Source: a virus. From it: a DNA stretch of 64,000 nucleotides. The notes under the pieces were generated by a model. It saw nothing but the letters and a program-made list of their open reading frames with translations, was not told the origin of the DNA and ran no database searches. Where the stretch lies: the IMG/VR virus record IMGVR_UViG_3300020152_000002, positions 1-64,000 of that record; one strand, written 5' to 3'. Shown piece after piece: positions 17,775 through 26,672 of this stretch (position 1 is the stretch's first letter; the number at the start of each line of letters is the position of its first letter). Made by a program: the position numbers and the translations under genes.

Positions 17775-18142
17775 CGACGTTGCTCCTTGTATTTGACATA
17801 CGCCGCCGGGAAGTCCGGGTAGCGCCCTTCCAGAAAGTCGATCTTTTTCTTCCGGCGTTCTTGAATGTCCTTCAACGTGCTGCGCCCAGCCCAAGGTGGG
17901 CAGTATTCGCCGTCGAACAGCGTCCGGTGTTTGATGTAGGTCTGAAACGCCGACGCCTTCCAGTGCAGCGCGTCGTTCCAGCCTTGACGCCACTCGGCGT
18001 TGAACTCCTTCGGCCCGTCTTCGAGCTTCACGCCGTCGCCATACGCCTTGTTGCCTGCCGCCCGCGCTCGCATGGCCGGAGACATGTCGGGCACGTCTTC
18101 GAGCAGAGCTTCCAGCCGCTCTTGCTGGGTCAGGCCCGTCAT
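17771..18142 (-). CDS. hypothetical protein with an Rmf/CrpP-like motif
   Basis: GNKAYGDG...EWRQGWNDA. Confidence 0.7.
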   Translation of the reverse strand: MTGLTQQERLEALLEDVPDMSPAMRARAAGNKAYGDGVKLEDGPKEFNAEWRQGWNDALHWKASAFQTYIKHRTLFDGEYCPPWAGRSTLKDIQERRKKKIDFLEGRYPDFPAAYVKYKEQRR

Positions 18143-18300
18143 CGGCGCACCTTGTCCCACGGCTTCGCGGGCTTCTCGAAGCGGACAGCGATCCGCTTCC
18201 CGGCGCGCTCGGCGGCTCGCATCTGCGCCCGCTGCGCGGCTGCCTTCTGGTCGAACTGGACGACGAGAGGCGGCGGTGTGATCGTCAGGCGTTGCGTCAC
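18139..18300 (-). CDS. small basic protein
   Basis: GTG start overlapping the upstream stop. Confidence 0.45.
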   Translation of the reverse strand: MTQRLTITPPPLVVQFDQKAAAQRAQMRAAERAGKRIAVRFEKPAKPWDKVRR

Positions 18301-18491
18301 GAGCAAGCCCTGTGCAGAGCCCGGCCGTCCCGGACGACGCCAGCCTCGGCCAAGGTGCTGACGCACTCCTGCCGGGGATCGGGCTGCGCCGGGTAGGCGC
18401 GGAAGGCCAGCACCGCCACGACCGCAGCGATGAGGAACAGGGCCGACAGGATCGCGCCTGCGCCGCCGTTGGTTTGAGCCTGTGTGTTCAT
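18297..18491 (-). CDS. small membrane protein
   Basis: One TM and two Cys; GGGAGG RBS. Confidence 0.6.
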   Translation of the reverse strand: MNTQAQTNGGAGAILSALFLIAAVVAVLAFRAYPAQPDPRQECVSTLAEAGVVRDGRALHRACS

Positions 18492-18492
18492 G

Positions 18493-18708
18493 TCAGTCGG
18501 GCCTCCCCTCGTTGTCGATGATGAACTTCTCGATCCGGTCGGCGTGACGGGCGTGGAAGGTGCCTTGATAGCCGCCTTGACCAGACCAGCCGCCCGCTGA
18601 TGGGATCGGCGAGATGCCCTCGGTGATGAGCCAGTCCATGAAGCGACGGGACAGCTTCTCGTCGCTCTGGATGGTCACGAGGACCGAACGGGTGACGGCG
18701 GCCCCCAT
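18493..18708 (-). CDS. small hypothetical protein
   Basis: TGATG coupling. Confidence 0.55.
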   Translation of the reverse strand: MGAAVTRSVLVTIQSDEKLSRRFMDWLITEGISPIPSAGGWSGQGGYQGTFHARHADRIEKFIIDNEGRPD

Positions 18709-19388
18709 CAGAAGCTCGGGTTCTGGTCGTTGTGCCAGCCGGAGACCAGCGACCACATGCCGTCATACTTCCAGCTTTCGGTCTTGCGCCGACGCCAGAA
18801 CTTCCGCTCCTTACCGTTGTGGTCCCGCGTCGTGATGATGCGGTTGTCCTTGCCGGTGATGCTGACGATCCGGCCGCACTGGTAGTAGTCGCCGTTGAAA
18901 CCGTAGCTGACCGGCTCGCCGACTTGGAAGGCGCGCATGACGGCGTAACGCGGGCTGACGCTCTCGCCGCGATCCACGGGCCAGTGCGGGCACTTCGTCA
19001 CGTCGGCGAGATAGGCGGCGACGCGGCTGGCGTCGTCGAAGCTGGTCTGACGGGTGCCGGTGCCCAAGTCCCAGCCGTTGCACAGGCTGGCGTATTCCTC
19101 GGGCTTGCGGTCGTCGTGAACCCGGCGGACGCCGAACAGATCGAGCAGATGGTCGTTGAAGCCCCTGAACCACGCCGGGCGCTTGTGGCCGGGGTCGCCC
19201 CACGAGACCATCTTGTGCGGGTTCCCGCCGACGAACTCCGCCGACAGAATGTGCTCCTTGGTCACGGGGTCCGCCATGTTCAGGCCGCCCTTCTCCGAAC
19301 GGTCCAGAGCGTCGTGGACGGCCTTCGCGCCAGCCTCATAGGCGGCAGCGGTTTCGGCCTTCATGGTCTCGATCTCTTGCGGGGTCAT
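18708..19388 (-). CDS. hypothetical protein
   Basis: Start MTPQEIE after AGGAGGG. Confidence 0.8.
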   Translation of the reverse strand: MTPQEIETMKAETAAAYEAGAKAVHDALDRSEKGGLNMADPVTKEHILSAEFVGGNPHKMVSWGDPGHKRPAWFRGFNDHLLDLFGVRRVHDDRKPEEYASLCNGWDLGTGTRQTSFDDASRVAAYLADVTKCPHWPVDRGESVSPRYAVMRAFQVGEPVSYGFNGDYYQCGRIVSITGKDNRIITTRDHNGKERKFWRRRKTESWKYDGMWSLVSGWHNDQNPSF

Positions 19389-19453
19389 GGTCCCTCCTGT
19401 GAATGGCCTGTCTCGGCCCGACGTGAATGCCCGAAGGCGGTTGTGAAGCGTCA

Positions 19454-19495
19454 CCCATAAAGAAGGCCGGGCAGGCTGTCAACCTACCCGGCCTT
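19454..19495 (-). promoter_or_regulatory. terminator hairpin containing a promoter -35 box
   Basis: Hairpin AAGGCCGGGTAGG...CCTGCCCGGCCTT-CTTTAT; TTGACA-N17-TATGGG. Confidence 0.65.
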
Positions 19496-19521
19496 GAAAA
19501 GTGCAGCGTGTTGAGGACTGT

Positions 19522-20064
19522 TTACTTCTTGCGCGGCTTGCGACCGGCGGGACCGTCCGGCTCGCTGCCCACGTCGTCCAGAGCGCCTTCCGCCTGCATC
19601 GCCTCGGCGGCTTCGCCAGCGTCGTGAACGCCGTCGCCTTCGGTCTGCATCTCGACGACTTCTTCACGGGTGTCGATCTCATCGAGCGACAGCGAGCCCT
19701 CGCCTTCGGCTCCGCCCTCCGGCGCAGCGGTGTCGATCTCGGGCAGCGCCTCGCCCGTGCCGTCGCCGACGATGGCTTCGCCGCCGACCGCATCGGCGTG
19801 TTGGATGCCCGCCCGTAGCGGCTCGCTCTCGGGCTCGCCCGGCAGCAGGTTGTCGCTGACCGACGTGTTGCGGCTGGACGCCACGCGGACGGCGGTGCTG
19901 TCGGCGATCTTGCGGGCGATCAGCCGGTCATCGGCGCTGGTCGGCCGGATCGCACCGAAGGCGGCGGCCTCGGCGATGTCCTGCTGGACGTTCTCGGCGA
20001 GGCGGCGACCCTTCGTGTAGACCGAACCGTTCGGGCGCTGGAAGGTGCAAGTCAGGAGCTTCAT
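19522..20064 (-). CDS. hypothetical protein with an acidic disordered C-terminus
   Basis: 180 aa; GGAGGA RBS. Confidence 0.8.
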   Translation of the reverse strand: MKLLTCTFQRPNGSVYTKGRRLAENVQQDIAEAAAFGAIRPTSADDRLIARKIADSTAVRVASSRNTSVSDNLLPGEPESEPLRAGIQHADAVGGEAIVGDGTGEALPEIDTAAPEGGAEGEGSLSLDEIDTREEVVEMQTEGDGVHDAGEAAEAMQAEGALDDVGSEPDGPAGRKPRKK

Positions 20065-20130
20065 GGCTTCCTCCGGGGAATGGGGCGTCAGGATAGGCAG
20101 ATCAGGTGTGGGTTCTCAAGGCAGGGCGGG

Positions 20131-20316
20131 TCAAAGGATGTCCCATGCGGGATCGTCCGCCGGAACCATAGGCTCGGGCGGCTCGTAGGGATCGTCACGC
20201 AGCAGCGGACGCCACGGGCGACTGGGCCGCTCAAGCAGGTAGACTTGGGGGACCAGTTCGGCGTCCATCATGTCAGCGATCAGTTCCATCATCTCCGGTG
20301 CCAGTTGCGCCGCCAT
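20131..20316 (-). CDS. small hypothetical protein
   Basis: 61 aa; ends ADDPAWDIL. Confidence 0.55.
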   Translation of the reverse strand: MAAQLAPEMMELIADMMDAELVPQVYLLERPSRPWRPLLRDDPYEPPEPMVPADDPAWDIL

Positions 20317-20388
20317 GCCCGCGCAACGCGGGCTGGCCCGGTCAGGTTCCGATCAGAGGGAATAGCCGGACACAGCGTGTCCGGCGTA

Positions 20389-21876
20389 TCACAGGATGTC
20401 GAACTCGTCGTCCGTGGCCGATATGTCGGGCGTGATGCGGTAGCCACCGCCATCCTTCGTGAAGGGAGGCGTCGGCGCTTCGATGATCCGCTCGGCTTCG
20501 CGCGCCACGGCGATCATGCTGTCCAGCGCAGCGGTGGTCGCCTCGGTCTCGGCGGCAGGCTTGATACGCAGGGCCATGATGCGTCCTTGCGGACCCCCGT
20601 CGCGGACGACCGTCACGCCCGGCGCACGAGCAGCCTTCTCGGCTTCGCGCTGCACTTCGTCAGACGGCCCGACAGGGATATAGCCATCTTCGTCGGCGGC
20701 ATGGAGCATCACCGGATCAGGCGGCGATCCGGTCATCTCACCGAGAATGTCCCACGGGTTTGTGGCCGTCTGGTAGATCGGCGTCCCGTCAGGCCATGCG
20801 CCAAACGACAGGTCCAGATCGGAAGGACCGTCACTCCCGGCAGGCGGATCAGACGGCAACATGATGTCCACGCCAGAGCCCTCGTAGGCGCTGTCGTCCG
20901 GCGCGAGTTCTCCGGTCGCCTCGGCGCGGATCGCGGCAGCCAGCATCGGCACGACGTGCTTCCCGGCGTCGGTCAGCCGCCAGTCGAACTTGCCCTTGCG
21001 CCGGATCAGGCCGAGCACGGCGAGCAGGCGGCAATGCTTGGCCGGACGCATCACGTCGGACAGGCCGGAGGCGAGCCAGTCCTGAAACCGCTGCGGACAC
21101 AGACGCGCAAGGGTGAAGCCGTCGCGCTCGCCGGAGGCCAGAGCAGCGGTGACGGCGCGCATCTCGTAAGAGCACCGCCAGTAGTCCACGTCGCCGTCAC
21201 GCACGAGTTGGATCATGCCCGCACCGTCCTCGGTCATGTTGAACGGACGAAGCTGGCGACCGTCCATGTGCGACGACTTCCACGCGACGCCGGGAAGGAT
21301 CGTCGTCTGCGTTAGGAAGGCGCATAGCTCGGGAGCGTATTCGACCGTGACGCGCGTCTCCGGCGTGAAGGACCGTCCTCCCTGTTTGCGCTGGGCCAGT
21401 TCGTCGAAGGCGAGTAGCAGTTCATTGGAGGGAATGAGACCATCCCCCCTCGGCGCAGGGAGCAATACCCCCAGCGCCTCGAACATGATGCCCCCCGGCA
21501 GTTTTGCGATGGGGGGTGGTCCAGACAGCCAGTCGAGGATGCCCTGCGGTAGCTCGGCCAAGACATCGGCCAAGGGAAAGAGCGGGGGAAGCGTCCGGCG
21601 GTCGCGGCTCATCGGCGGGAGCGCCTTGGCCCACGCTAGGCCGAAGGCGTTCAGCTTGAAGGCGCTCTCCGGGGGCCTGCCGTCGTTTATGCGGGAATCG
21701 GCGAGCGTTATTTGCGCCATGTTCCAGTCGGTCAGCTTGGTCTCGGACTTGGCGAACTGGCTGGTGCTGGCGGGGAGCGGATGCGGGTATTCCGCGTAGC
21801 ACTCCGCAAGGGCCTGATGGGTGTAGCGGTCGAGCCGAACCCAAGCCCGGCCTTGCTTTATTTGGATCATGGACAT
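20389..21876 (-). CDS. large hypothetical protein, first gene of the leftward arm
   Basis: 495 aa; acidic tail ending TDDEFDIL. Confidence 0.85.
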   Translation of the reverse strand: MSMIQIKQGRAWVRLDRYTHQALAECYAEYPHPLPASTSQFAKSETKLTDWNMAQITLADSRINDGRPPESAFKLNAFGLAWAKALPPMSRDRRTLPPLFPLADVLAELPQGILDWLSGPPPIAKLPGGIMFEALGVLLPAPRGDGLIPSNELLLAFDELAQRKQGGRSFTPETRVTVEYAPELCAFLTQTTILPGVAWKSSHMDGRQLRPFNMTEDGAGMIQLVRDGDVDYWRCSYEMRAVTAALASGERDGFTLARLCPQRFQDWLASGLSDVMRPAKHCRLLAVLGLIRRKGKFDWRLTDAGKHVVPMLAAAIRAEATGELAPDDSAYEGSGVDIMLPSDPPAGSDGPSDLDLSFGAWPDGTPIYQTATNPWDILGEMTGSPPDPVMLHAADEDGYIPVGPSDEVQREAEKAARAPGVTVVRDGGPQGRIMALRIKPAAETEATTAALDSMIAVAREAERIIEAPTPPFTKDGGGYRITPDISATDDEFDIL

Positions 21877-21911
21877 GGTGACGGGTCTCTGATGCGGGAT
21901 GTGAACCTTAT

Positions 21912-21940
21912 TTGTTACGCGGTGTCGGGGGCCGGGTCAA
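21912..21940 (-). promoter_or_regulatory. leftward arm promoter
   Basis: TTGACC-N17-TAACAA. Confidence 0.55.
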
Positions 21941-22250
21941 CAGAGGGGGTTTGGAGGGCGATTTCGGGGGTCGGAGATGGTGGTTATGCGTTTATTCTAG
22001 GGGTGCGCCAAGTCGGGCTTACAAGTAGCAGGTGACGACATTAATAGGTAGTATATGTGTGGGGTGAGATTAAATGATGCGCCCTGACATCGCTATCGGG
22101 GTTGACGGCAAAAAAGCCGATGGTGTGGTGGAAGTGTAAAAATAGTTCTCCCTATGGGACTATATTATTCTTCTCAATAAAATAAAATAAAGATAAAAGC
22201 TAAAACCGGCTGTCCTTGGCCGCAGATCGTGCTCGCAGTCCGCATCACGC

Positions 22251-22330
22251 CGGAAAACGCAGAAGGTGATGCAGAAAATCGGTTTCAAACCTGCGCGGAA
22301 AACGCAGAAGGTGAATCGGAAAATCGGTTT
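22251..22330. repeat. two-copy direct repeat, 45-bp period
   Basis: CGGAAAACGCAGAAGGTGA...AAAATCGGTTT at 22251 and 22296. Confidence 0.85.
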
Positions 22331-22382
22331 GGAGGCTAGGATCGAACGGAAAATGGTAAATCTGAATAAAAGCGGGCATCAC

Positions 22383-22750
22383 GTTAACCTTAACACGCCG
22401 TTAACCTTAAAAAGTAGGGTTAACGCAGCATTAAGGTTAATCGGCCGGTAAGGTTAATCACACAGTAACCTTAAAAGTTAAGGTTAATCGGGTAAGGCGA
22501 AGAAGTAAGGTTAATCGGCATAAAACTGTTAACCCTACTTCGCTGTTAAGGTTAATCAGGGGTTAACATTCACGCCTTGTTAACCTGAATAGTTAAGGTT
22601 AACCCGGTTAAGCAGTCCTGTTAACGCTACCAAACATGGTTAACCGCATTAACCACCGCCGTTAATCACGTCTGTTTACGCAATCTTAACGAATCTGTGC
22701 CCATGGGGAGCCACGGTTAATGTTCCATGAATGACCGGAACATTAACCAG
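22383..22750. repeat. AT-rich array of TTAA/TAAGGTTAA motifs including CtrA-type boxes
   Basis: More than 25 TTAA; perfect TTAA-N7-TTAA at 22390, 22420 and 22552. Confidence 0.8.
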
Positions 22751-22941
22751 TCCGCAGAACGCAGCCGGAACAAAACGTAGACGTTTGCGAACTCCGATTT
22801 TTTCGACCCGTGACACCGGAGACGGCAGAAAACCGCTCCACGGGCTTAAAAACGGCCTTTCTGGGCATTCTCATTATGGGACACCTTTTCGGCGTCCTTT
22901 TTACGCCGTCCGCATCAAAAAGCGGGTTTTCGCAGTCCGCA

Positions 22942-22974
22942 TTAGTTGACTGTTAAGCGGCGCGCGCGTAGAAC
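22942..22974 (+). promoter_or_regulatory. rightward early promoter overlapped by a CtrA-like box
   Basis: TTGACT-N17-TAGAAC; TTAG-N7-TTAA spans the -35. Confidence 0.65.
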
Positions 22975-23112
22975 CGTCATGTTAGGTCTTTGACATCGTT
23001 TATCCCTCCCGCGTCCGGCTAGTCCGGCGCGGCTTTGTGCATCCCTTCGCGGGAACTGACACAGACTAACCGGCCGCAATGACGCGGCCTGATCATCTAG
23101 GGAAACACACAG

Positions 23113-23292
23113 ATGCAACACCGCCTTTTGACCGAAACCGCGACGTTCAAGCCGACTGCGGCCTTTGAACCGCTCGCCAAGCTCGCCAGCGTTCAACGCG
23201 ACAACCGCCGCGAACGCCTCTCGACTGTCGCCCTTGCGGCCGTCGCCTTCATCGCCGCTTTCGCGGCCGTCTACATCGCCACGGGGTTCTAA
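23113..23292 (+). CDS. 59-aa protein with a C-terminal TM (not in the ORF track)
   Basis: AGGGAAAC RBS; MQHRLLT...VALAAVAFIAAFAAVYIATGF. Confidence 0.65.
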   Translation: MQHRLLTETATFKPTAAFEPLAKLASVQRDNRRERLSTVALAAVAFIAAFAAVYIATGF

Positions 23293-23297
23293 GCGCC

Positions 23298-23543
23298 ATG
23301 CAATCGCACTACTTGCTGAACATCGCCAAGCGGACGGATCAGACGCGCTTTTATGACGGCGCGCATCATCCGGTTTACGCGCACTTCGCGGCCGTCCGCC
23401 TTCCGCAGATGAAGGCGCATGAAGCGGAAGCCGTCGCCGTCGCCGAAGACTTCGCGCGCCGGTTCCCGTCGCCGGACTTCCGGCTTTCCCTGACTTACTG
23501 GGAAGGGCGCGGGTTCGGCGTCGCCTTTGAGGGTTCGGAATAA
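23298..23543 (+). CDS. hypothetical early protein
   Basis: 81 aa; TAATG coupling to the next gene. Confidence 0.7.
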   Translation: MQSHYLLNIAKRTDQTRFYDGAHHPVYAHFAAVRLPQMKAHEAEAVAVAEDFARRFPSPDFRLSLTYWEGRGFGVAFEGSE

Positions 23544-23713
23544 TGGCAACCCTTCACGTCTGGCGAAACGGCGCTTTCCGCGCCGTCGCCTTGGCCGTCG
23601 CGTCGCCTCTTGAGGCGTCGCAGGCTTCGCGCGCCGTTCGCGGCGCTTTCGTCGCGTGGCGAGATCGGAACGGCTGGCGGTTCTACCGCAACGGCCGCCG
23701 CATCGCCGTCTAA
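23543..23713 (+). CDS. 56-aa hypothetical protein (not in the ORF track)
   Basis: MATLHVWRNG...YRNGRRIAV; TAATG overlap. Confidence 0.6.
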   Translation: MATLHVWRNGAFRAVALAVASPLEASQASRAVRGAFVAWRDRNGWRFYRNGRRIAV

Positions 23714-23751
23714 CCCTTCACACAACCGGAACCGCGAAAGGAAACCGGACC

Positions 23752-23940
23752 ATGAGCAAGAGCTTTCATTCCCGCCTTCGGGACGCGCTAGACGACGCGC
23801 ATTGCGGCGAAGGCCGCTTGAGCACGGTTGAGCACTATCGGCTTAAGCGCGCCATGCGCGAAGCCAATATGCGCGGCCGTCAGTTTCAGGACGCCGAAGA
23901 ACTCGCCGAGTTCATCGCAGGCGGGAGGCGCTTTCAATGA
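23752..23940 (+). CDS. hypothetical early protein
   Basis: MSKSFH after AAGGAAAC. Confidence 0.7.
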   Translation: MSKSFHSRLRDALDDAHCGEGRLSTVEHYRLKRAMREANMRGRQFQDAEELAEFIAGGRRFQ

Positions 23941-24581
23941 GGCGCGTCGGAACCTTGGCGGAGGAATACCGCCGCAACCGTCAAACCGGCGCTTCCGCGC
24001 TTACCGCCTATCAATGGGCGAAGTCCGCGCGCGAAACGTCCGCGTTCTGGTATCGCGCCGAAGGCGTCAGCAAATACAAAACCAGCTTTTGCAACGCGGA
24101 CGGCGCGGAAGTTTGGGAGATCGAAAGCAAGTCCGGCGCTATCCGCGCGGAAATCGCCATCATGCCGGATTATGACGGCGGGTTAGACTTCGATCACGGA
24201 ACGGAAGATTACGCGAGCTTCCGCCGTTACTTCCGCGAAACTGCCAAACTGGGCAAACACGCGGCGCACGTCGCGGCCGTCAAAGCCTTGCGGCAGTATG
24301 AAGAAGACCAGAAAGGCGAGAACAACGGCAGTTGCTACGGCGTCGCCGTCCGCGTCTTTCACAACGTCCCGCGCTTAGAGGCTGGCGAGCCGATAGGCGA
24401 GGACTCGCTTTGGGGTATCTGCGTCAACGACGACGCGGAAGGCGAGCGTTATCTTTGGGAATGCGCCGCCCAAGTCTACGCCGAAGCAACTAGCGGCCTT
24501 TGCCGCAAGATCAGGGACGCGCGCCGCGAAGCGTTCCGCGCCATCATGGCGGAAGCCTTCGCGGCTAACTTCGCCGTCTAA
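23937..24581 (+). CDS. hypothetical early protein
   Basis: 214 aa; ATGA overlap. Confidence 0.8.
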   Translation: MRRVGTLAEEYRRNRQTGASALTAYQWAKSARETSAFWYRAEGVSKYKTSFCNADGAEVWEIESKSGAIRAEIAIMPDYDGGLDFDHGTEDYASFRRYFRETAKLGKHAAHVAAVKALRQYEEDQKGENNGSCYGVAVRVFHNVPRLEAGEPIGEDSLWGICVNDDAEGERYLWECAAQVYAEATSGLCRKIRDARREAFRAIMAEAFAANFAV

Positions 24582-24618
24582 CCCTTCACACAGTCGAGAC
24601 AGACAAGGAAACAAGCCA

Positions 24619-26046
24619 ATGGCTAAGGTCTTCAATAACAGCATGGTCGCGCACGTTTGGGCGCAAGGCGAACAGCCGTCCGGCCGTTCGCATAACGGCA
24701 ACTTCTACTTTGACGGCCGTATCCTCTACTCATACGGAAGTCACTTCGCGGTTGGCGTCCGCATGAACAACGCGCAAGCCGTCCTGAACTCGGATAGCTA
24801 TTCGATCAGCACGACGGGAATGCAAAGCGACGCCAGCCGCGCGACTATCCATTTCGAGACAGTCCGCGTTCCGAAGCTACAGGACATCGCGCGAGACCTT
24901 TCTTACATCGCCAATAACGGCGTGAAGGGCGGCCGAAGCGCGGACGCCGTGGCGGCCGTCATCCGGCATATCGAAACTCACGCGGCGGCGCTGCAATACA
25001 GGGCGCGCGGCGCTTGGGATTACAGCAAGTCGGAATATCCCGAAGCTGGCGAGGCGACGGCGGCCGAAACGCTCTTGCGGTTCTGCGGCATTCCGAAGGC
25101 GCGAGCCGCAGCCGCGATCAAGCGCGGACTGGCGAGCGCCGAAAAGCGCGCCAAGGCGGAAGCGGCTGATCAGCGGAAGCGCGACAAGGCGGAAGCCGTC
25201 GCCTTCGCGGACATGACGCCGAATGAGTTTGACGCGGTTATGGAGCGGCGTTTTCACGTCCGGCCGTTCAACGGCAACCGTTCAAACGACATCTATCAGG
25301 CGGAGGCTTTGCAGCGCGTCAGCAAGGCGCTTTTCCGCATGATCAAAACGGCGAAGGCGGAAAAGCTATCCGCCGCGCGCCTTGGCCGTTTGAAGGCGCA
25401 TCGCGCGGGAGTTCTCGCCACGCTCAAAGCCTATAACGACGACGCGGCGGAATACGTCGCGCGGCAACACGCCGAACGCTTCGCCAACTGGGAAGCGCGC
25501 TACACGGCCGCGAAGGATGACGCCGAACGGCTCGCCGTCTGGCGGACAAACGGCGTCAGTTCGGCCGCCTATGCGGAAGGCTCGCCAGAGCGCGCCAAGC
25601 TAGAAGCGGCGGAAGCCGAAGGGCGCGCGCTGGATAGCGCCGACAGAATGGCGAAGGAACGCGAGCAACGCGAAGCGTGGTTGCGTGGCGAGGGTCCGGC
25701 GCGCGTGTATCTGTCGGGACCGAACGGGACGGCGCTAGTTCGCCGCTCGCCAGACGGCGAACGGCTGGAAACGTCGCAGGGCGCGGACGTGCCTTGGGAT
25801 CACGCCGTCAAAGCCTTCCGCTTCATCCGTCTGTGTGTGGAGCGCGGCGAAGGCTTCAAGAGCAACGGCCGAACCGTCCGCGTCGGTCACTTCCGCGTGG
25901 ATGAGATCACGGCGGAAGGCGACATGCGCGCCGGTTGCCATCGCTTCTCTTGGGAAGCCATGCGCGAGCTTGCGGAGCGTGAAGGCGTCTTTGAGCTTCC
26001 GCCGTCTGCGGAGGCAGTCGAGACGCGCGAAGGCGTCGCGCATTGA
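24619..26046 (+). CDS. hypothetical early protein (YSYGxHF N-terminal domain)
   Basis: 475 aa; AAGGAAAC RBS; helical centre. Confidence 0.85.
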   Translation: MAKVFNNSMVAHVWAQGEQPSGRSHNGNFYFDGRILYSYGSHFAVGVRMNNAQAVLNSDSYSISTTGMQSDASRATIHFETVRVPKLQDIARDLSYIANNGVKGGRSADAVAAVIRHIETHAAALQYRARGAWDYSKSEYPEAGEATAAETLLRFCGIPKARAAAAIKRGLASAEKRAKAEAADQRKRDKAEAVAFADMTPNEFDAVMERRFHVRPFNGNRSNDIYQAEALQRVSKALFRMIKTAKAEKLSAARLGRLKAHRAGVLATLKAYNDDAAEYVARQHAERFANWEARYTAAKDDAERLAVWRTNGVSSAAYAEGSPERAKLEAAEAEGRALDSADRMAKEREQREAWLRGEGPARVYLSGPNGTALVRRSPDGERLETSQGADVPWDHAVKAFRFIRLCVERGEGFKSNGRTVRVGHFRVDEITAEGDMRAGCHRFSWEAMRELAEREGVFELPPSAEAVETREGVAH

Positions 26047-26172
26047 ACGTCTGTGACAACGCCAGACGCGACGCGCATCTAATGGCGAGGCGGGAACGTG
26101 ACCGCCTCGCCATGCAAGCGACGCTTAAGCAGGCAAGGGCGGCCGTCCTAAGCAGCCGTCAGAACGCAGGGG

Positions 26173-26187
26173 TTAAGGGCGGGTTAA
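26173..26187. promoter_or_regulatory. CtrA-type box
   Basis: TTAA-GGGCGGG-TTAA. Confidence 0.5.
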
Positions 26188-26672
26188 TCGGCCTAGCCGT
26201 TGCGGTCATAACGTGGCCTTTTAGTCACATGAAGCAGTAAGCCAGTAGAGGCAGAGTAGAGCGCAAGTAATCGCAGCCAATGAGCGAAGCGGTTACTTGC
26301 GTTCATCTGTTCAATGTCAGTTGAGCACAAGTAAGAGGGAAGATGAGCCAAGCATTCAAAACCCGAATCCCCCAATGGCACAGTAGAGCGGGGTTCGGCC
26401 GGGCTCGACAGCGAATGTGTCTACGCAACCCGTAAAATAGTTCAAAAAGGATCGCCAAAAGTGCAAAACAAGGCAGTCCTGAATAAAAAGCATGTGTTCG
26501 CTGTATTTTAATCGCAGAATGCCCCAAATCGCCCTAATAGACCGCCTTCGAGCGCAGATTTTTCAGAAATAGGAGCCGAAAAAGCTCCAAATGCGCCAAT
26601 CTGAATAAAATCCCCGCCTTGCCCGGCCCAAATCGCCTTGACGCCGCAGCGTCCGGCAAGCATTTTCGGCGC

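Noticed and set aside
24-21800. Long plus-strand ORFs (e.g. 2839-4662, 11889-13022, 20080-21315)
   Set aside because: Antisense shadows of the minus-strand genes in GC-rich DNA; no RBS or recognisable motifs.
22383-22750. CRISPR array
   Set aside because: Repeats are 10 nt or shorter, irregularly spaced and in both orientations; no cas genes.
22266-22949. ORFs 22266-22451 and 22731-22949
   Set aside because: They lie in repeat/regulatory DNA with atypical codon use.
26043-26240. 65-aa ORF after the 475-aa gene
   Set aside because: TTG start, weak coding signal, overlaps a CtrA box; left uncalled.
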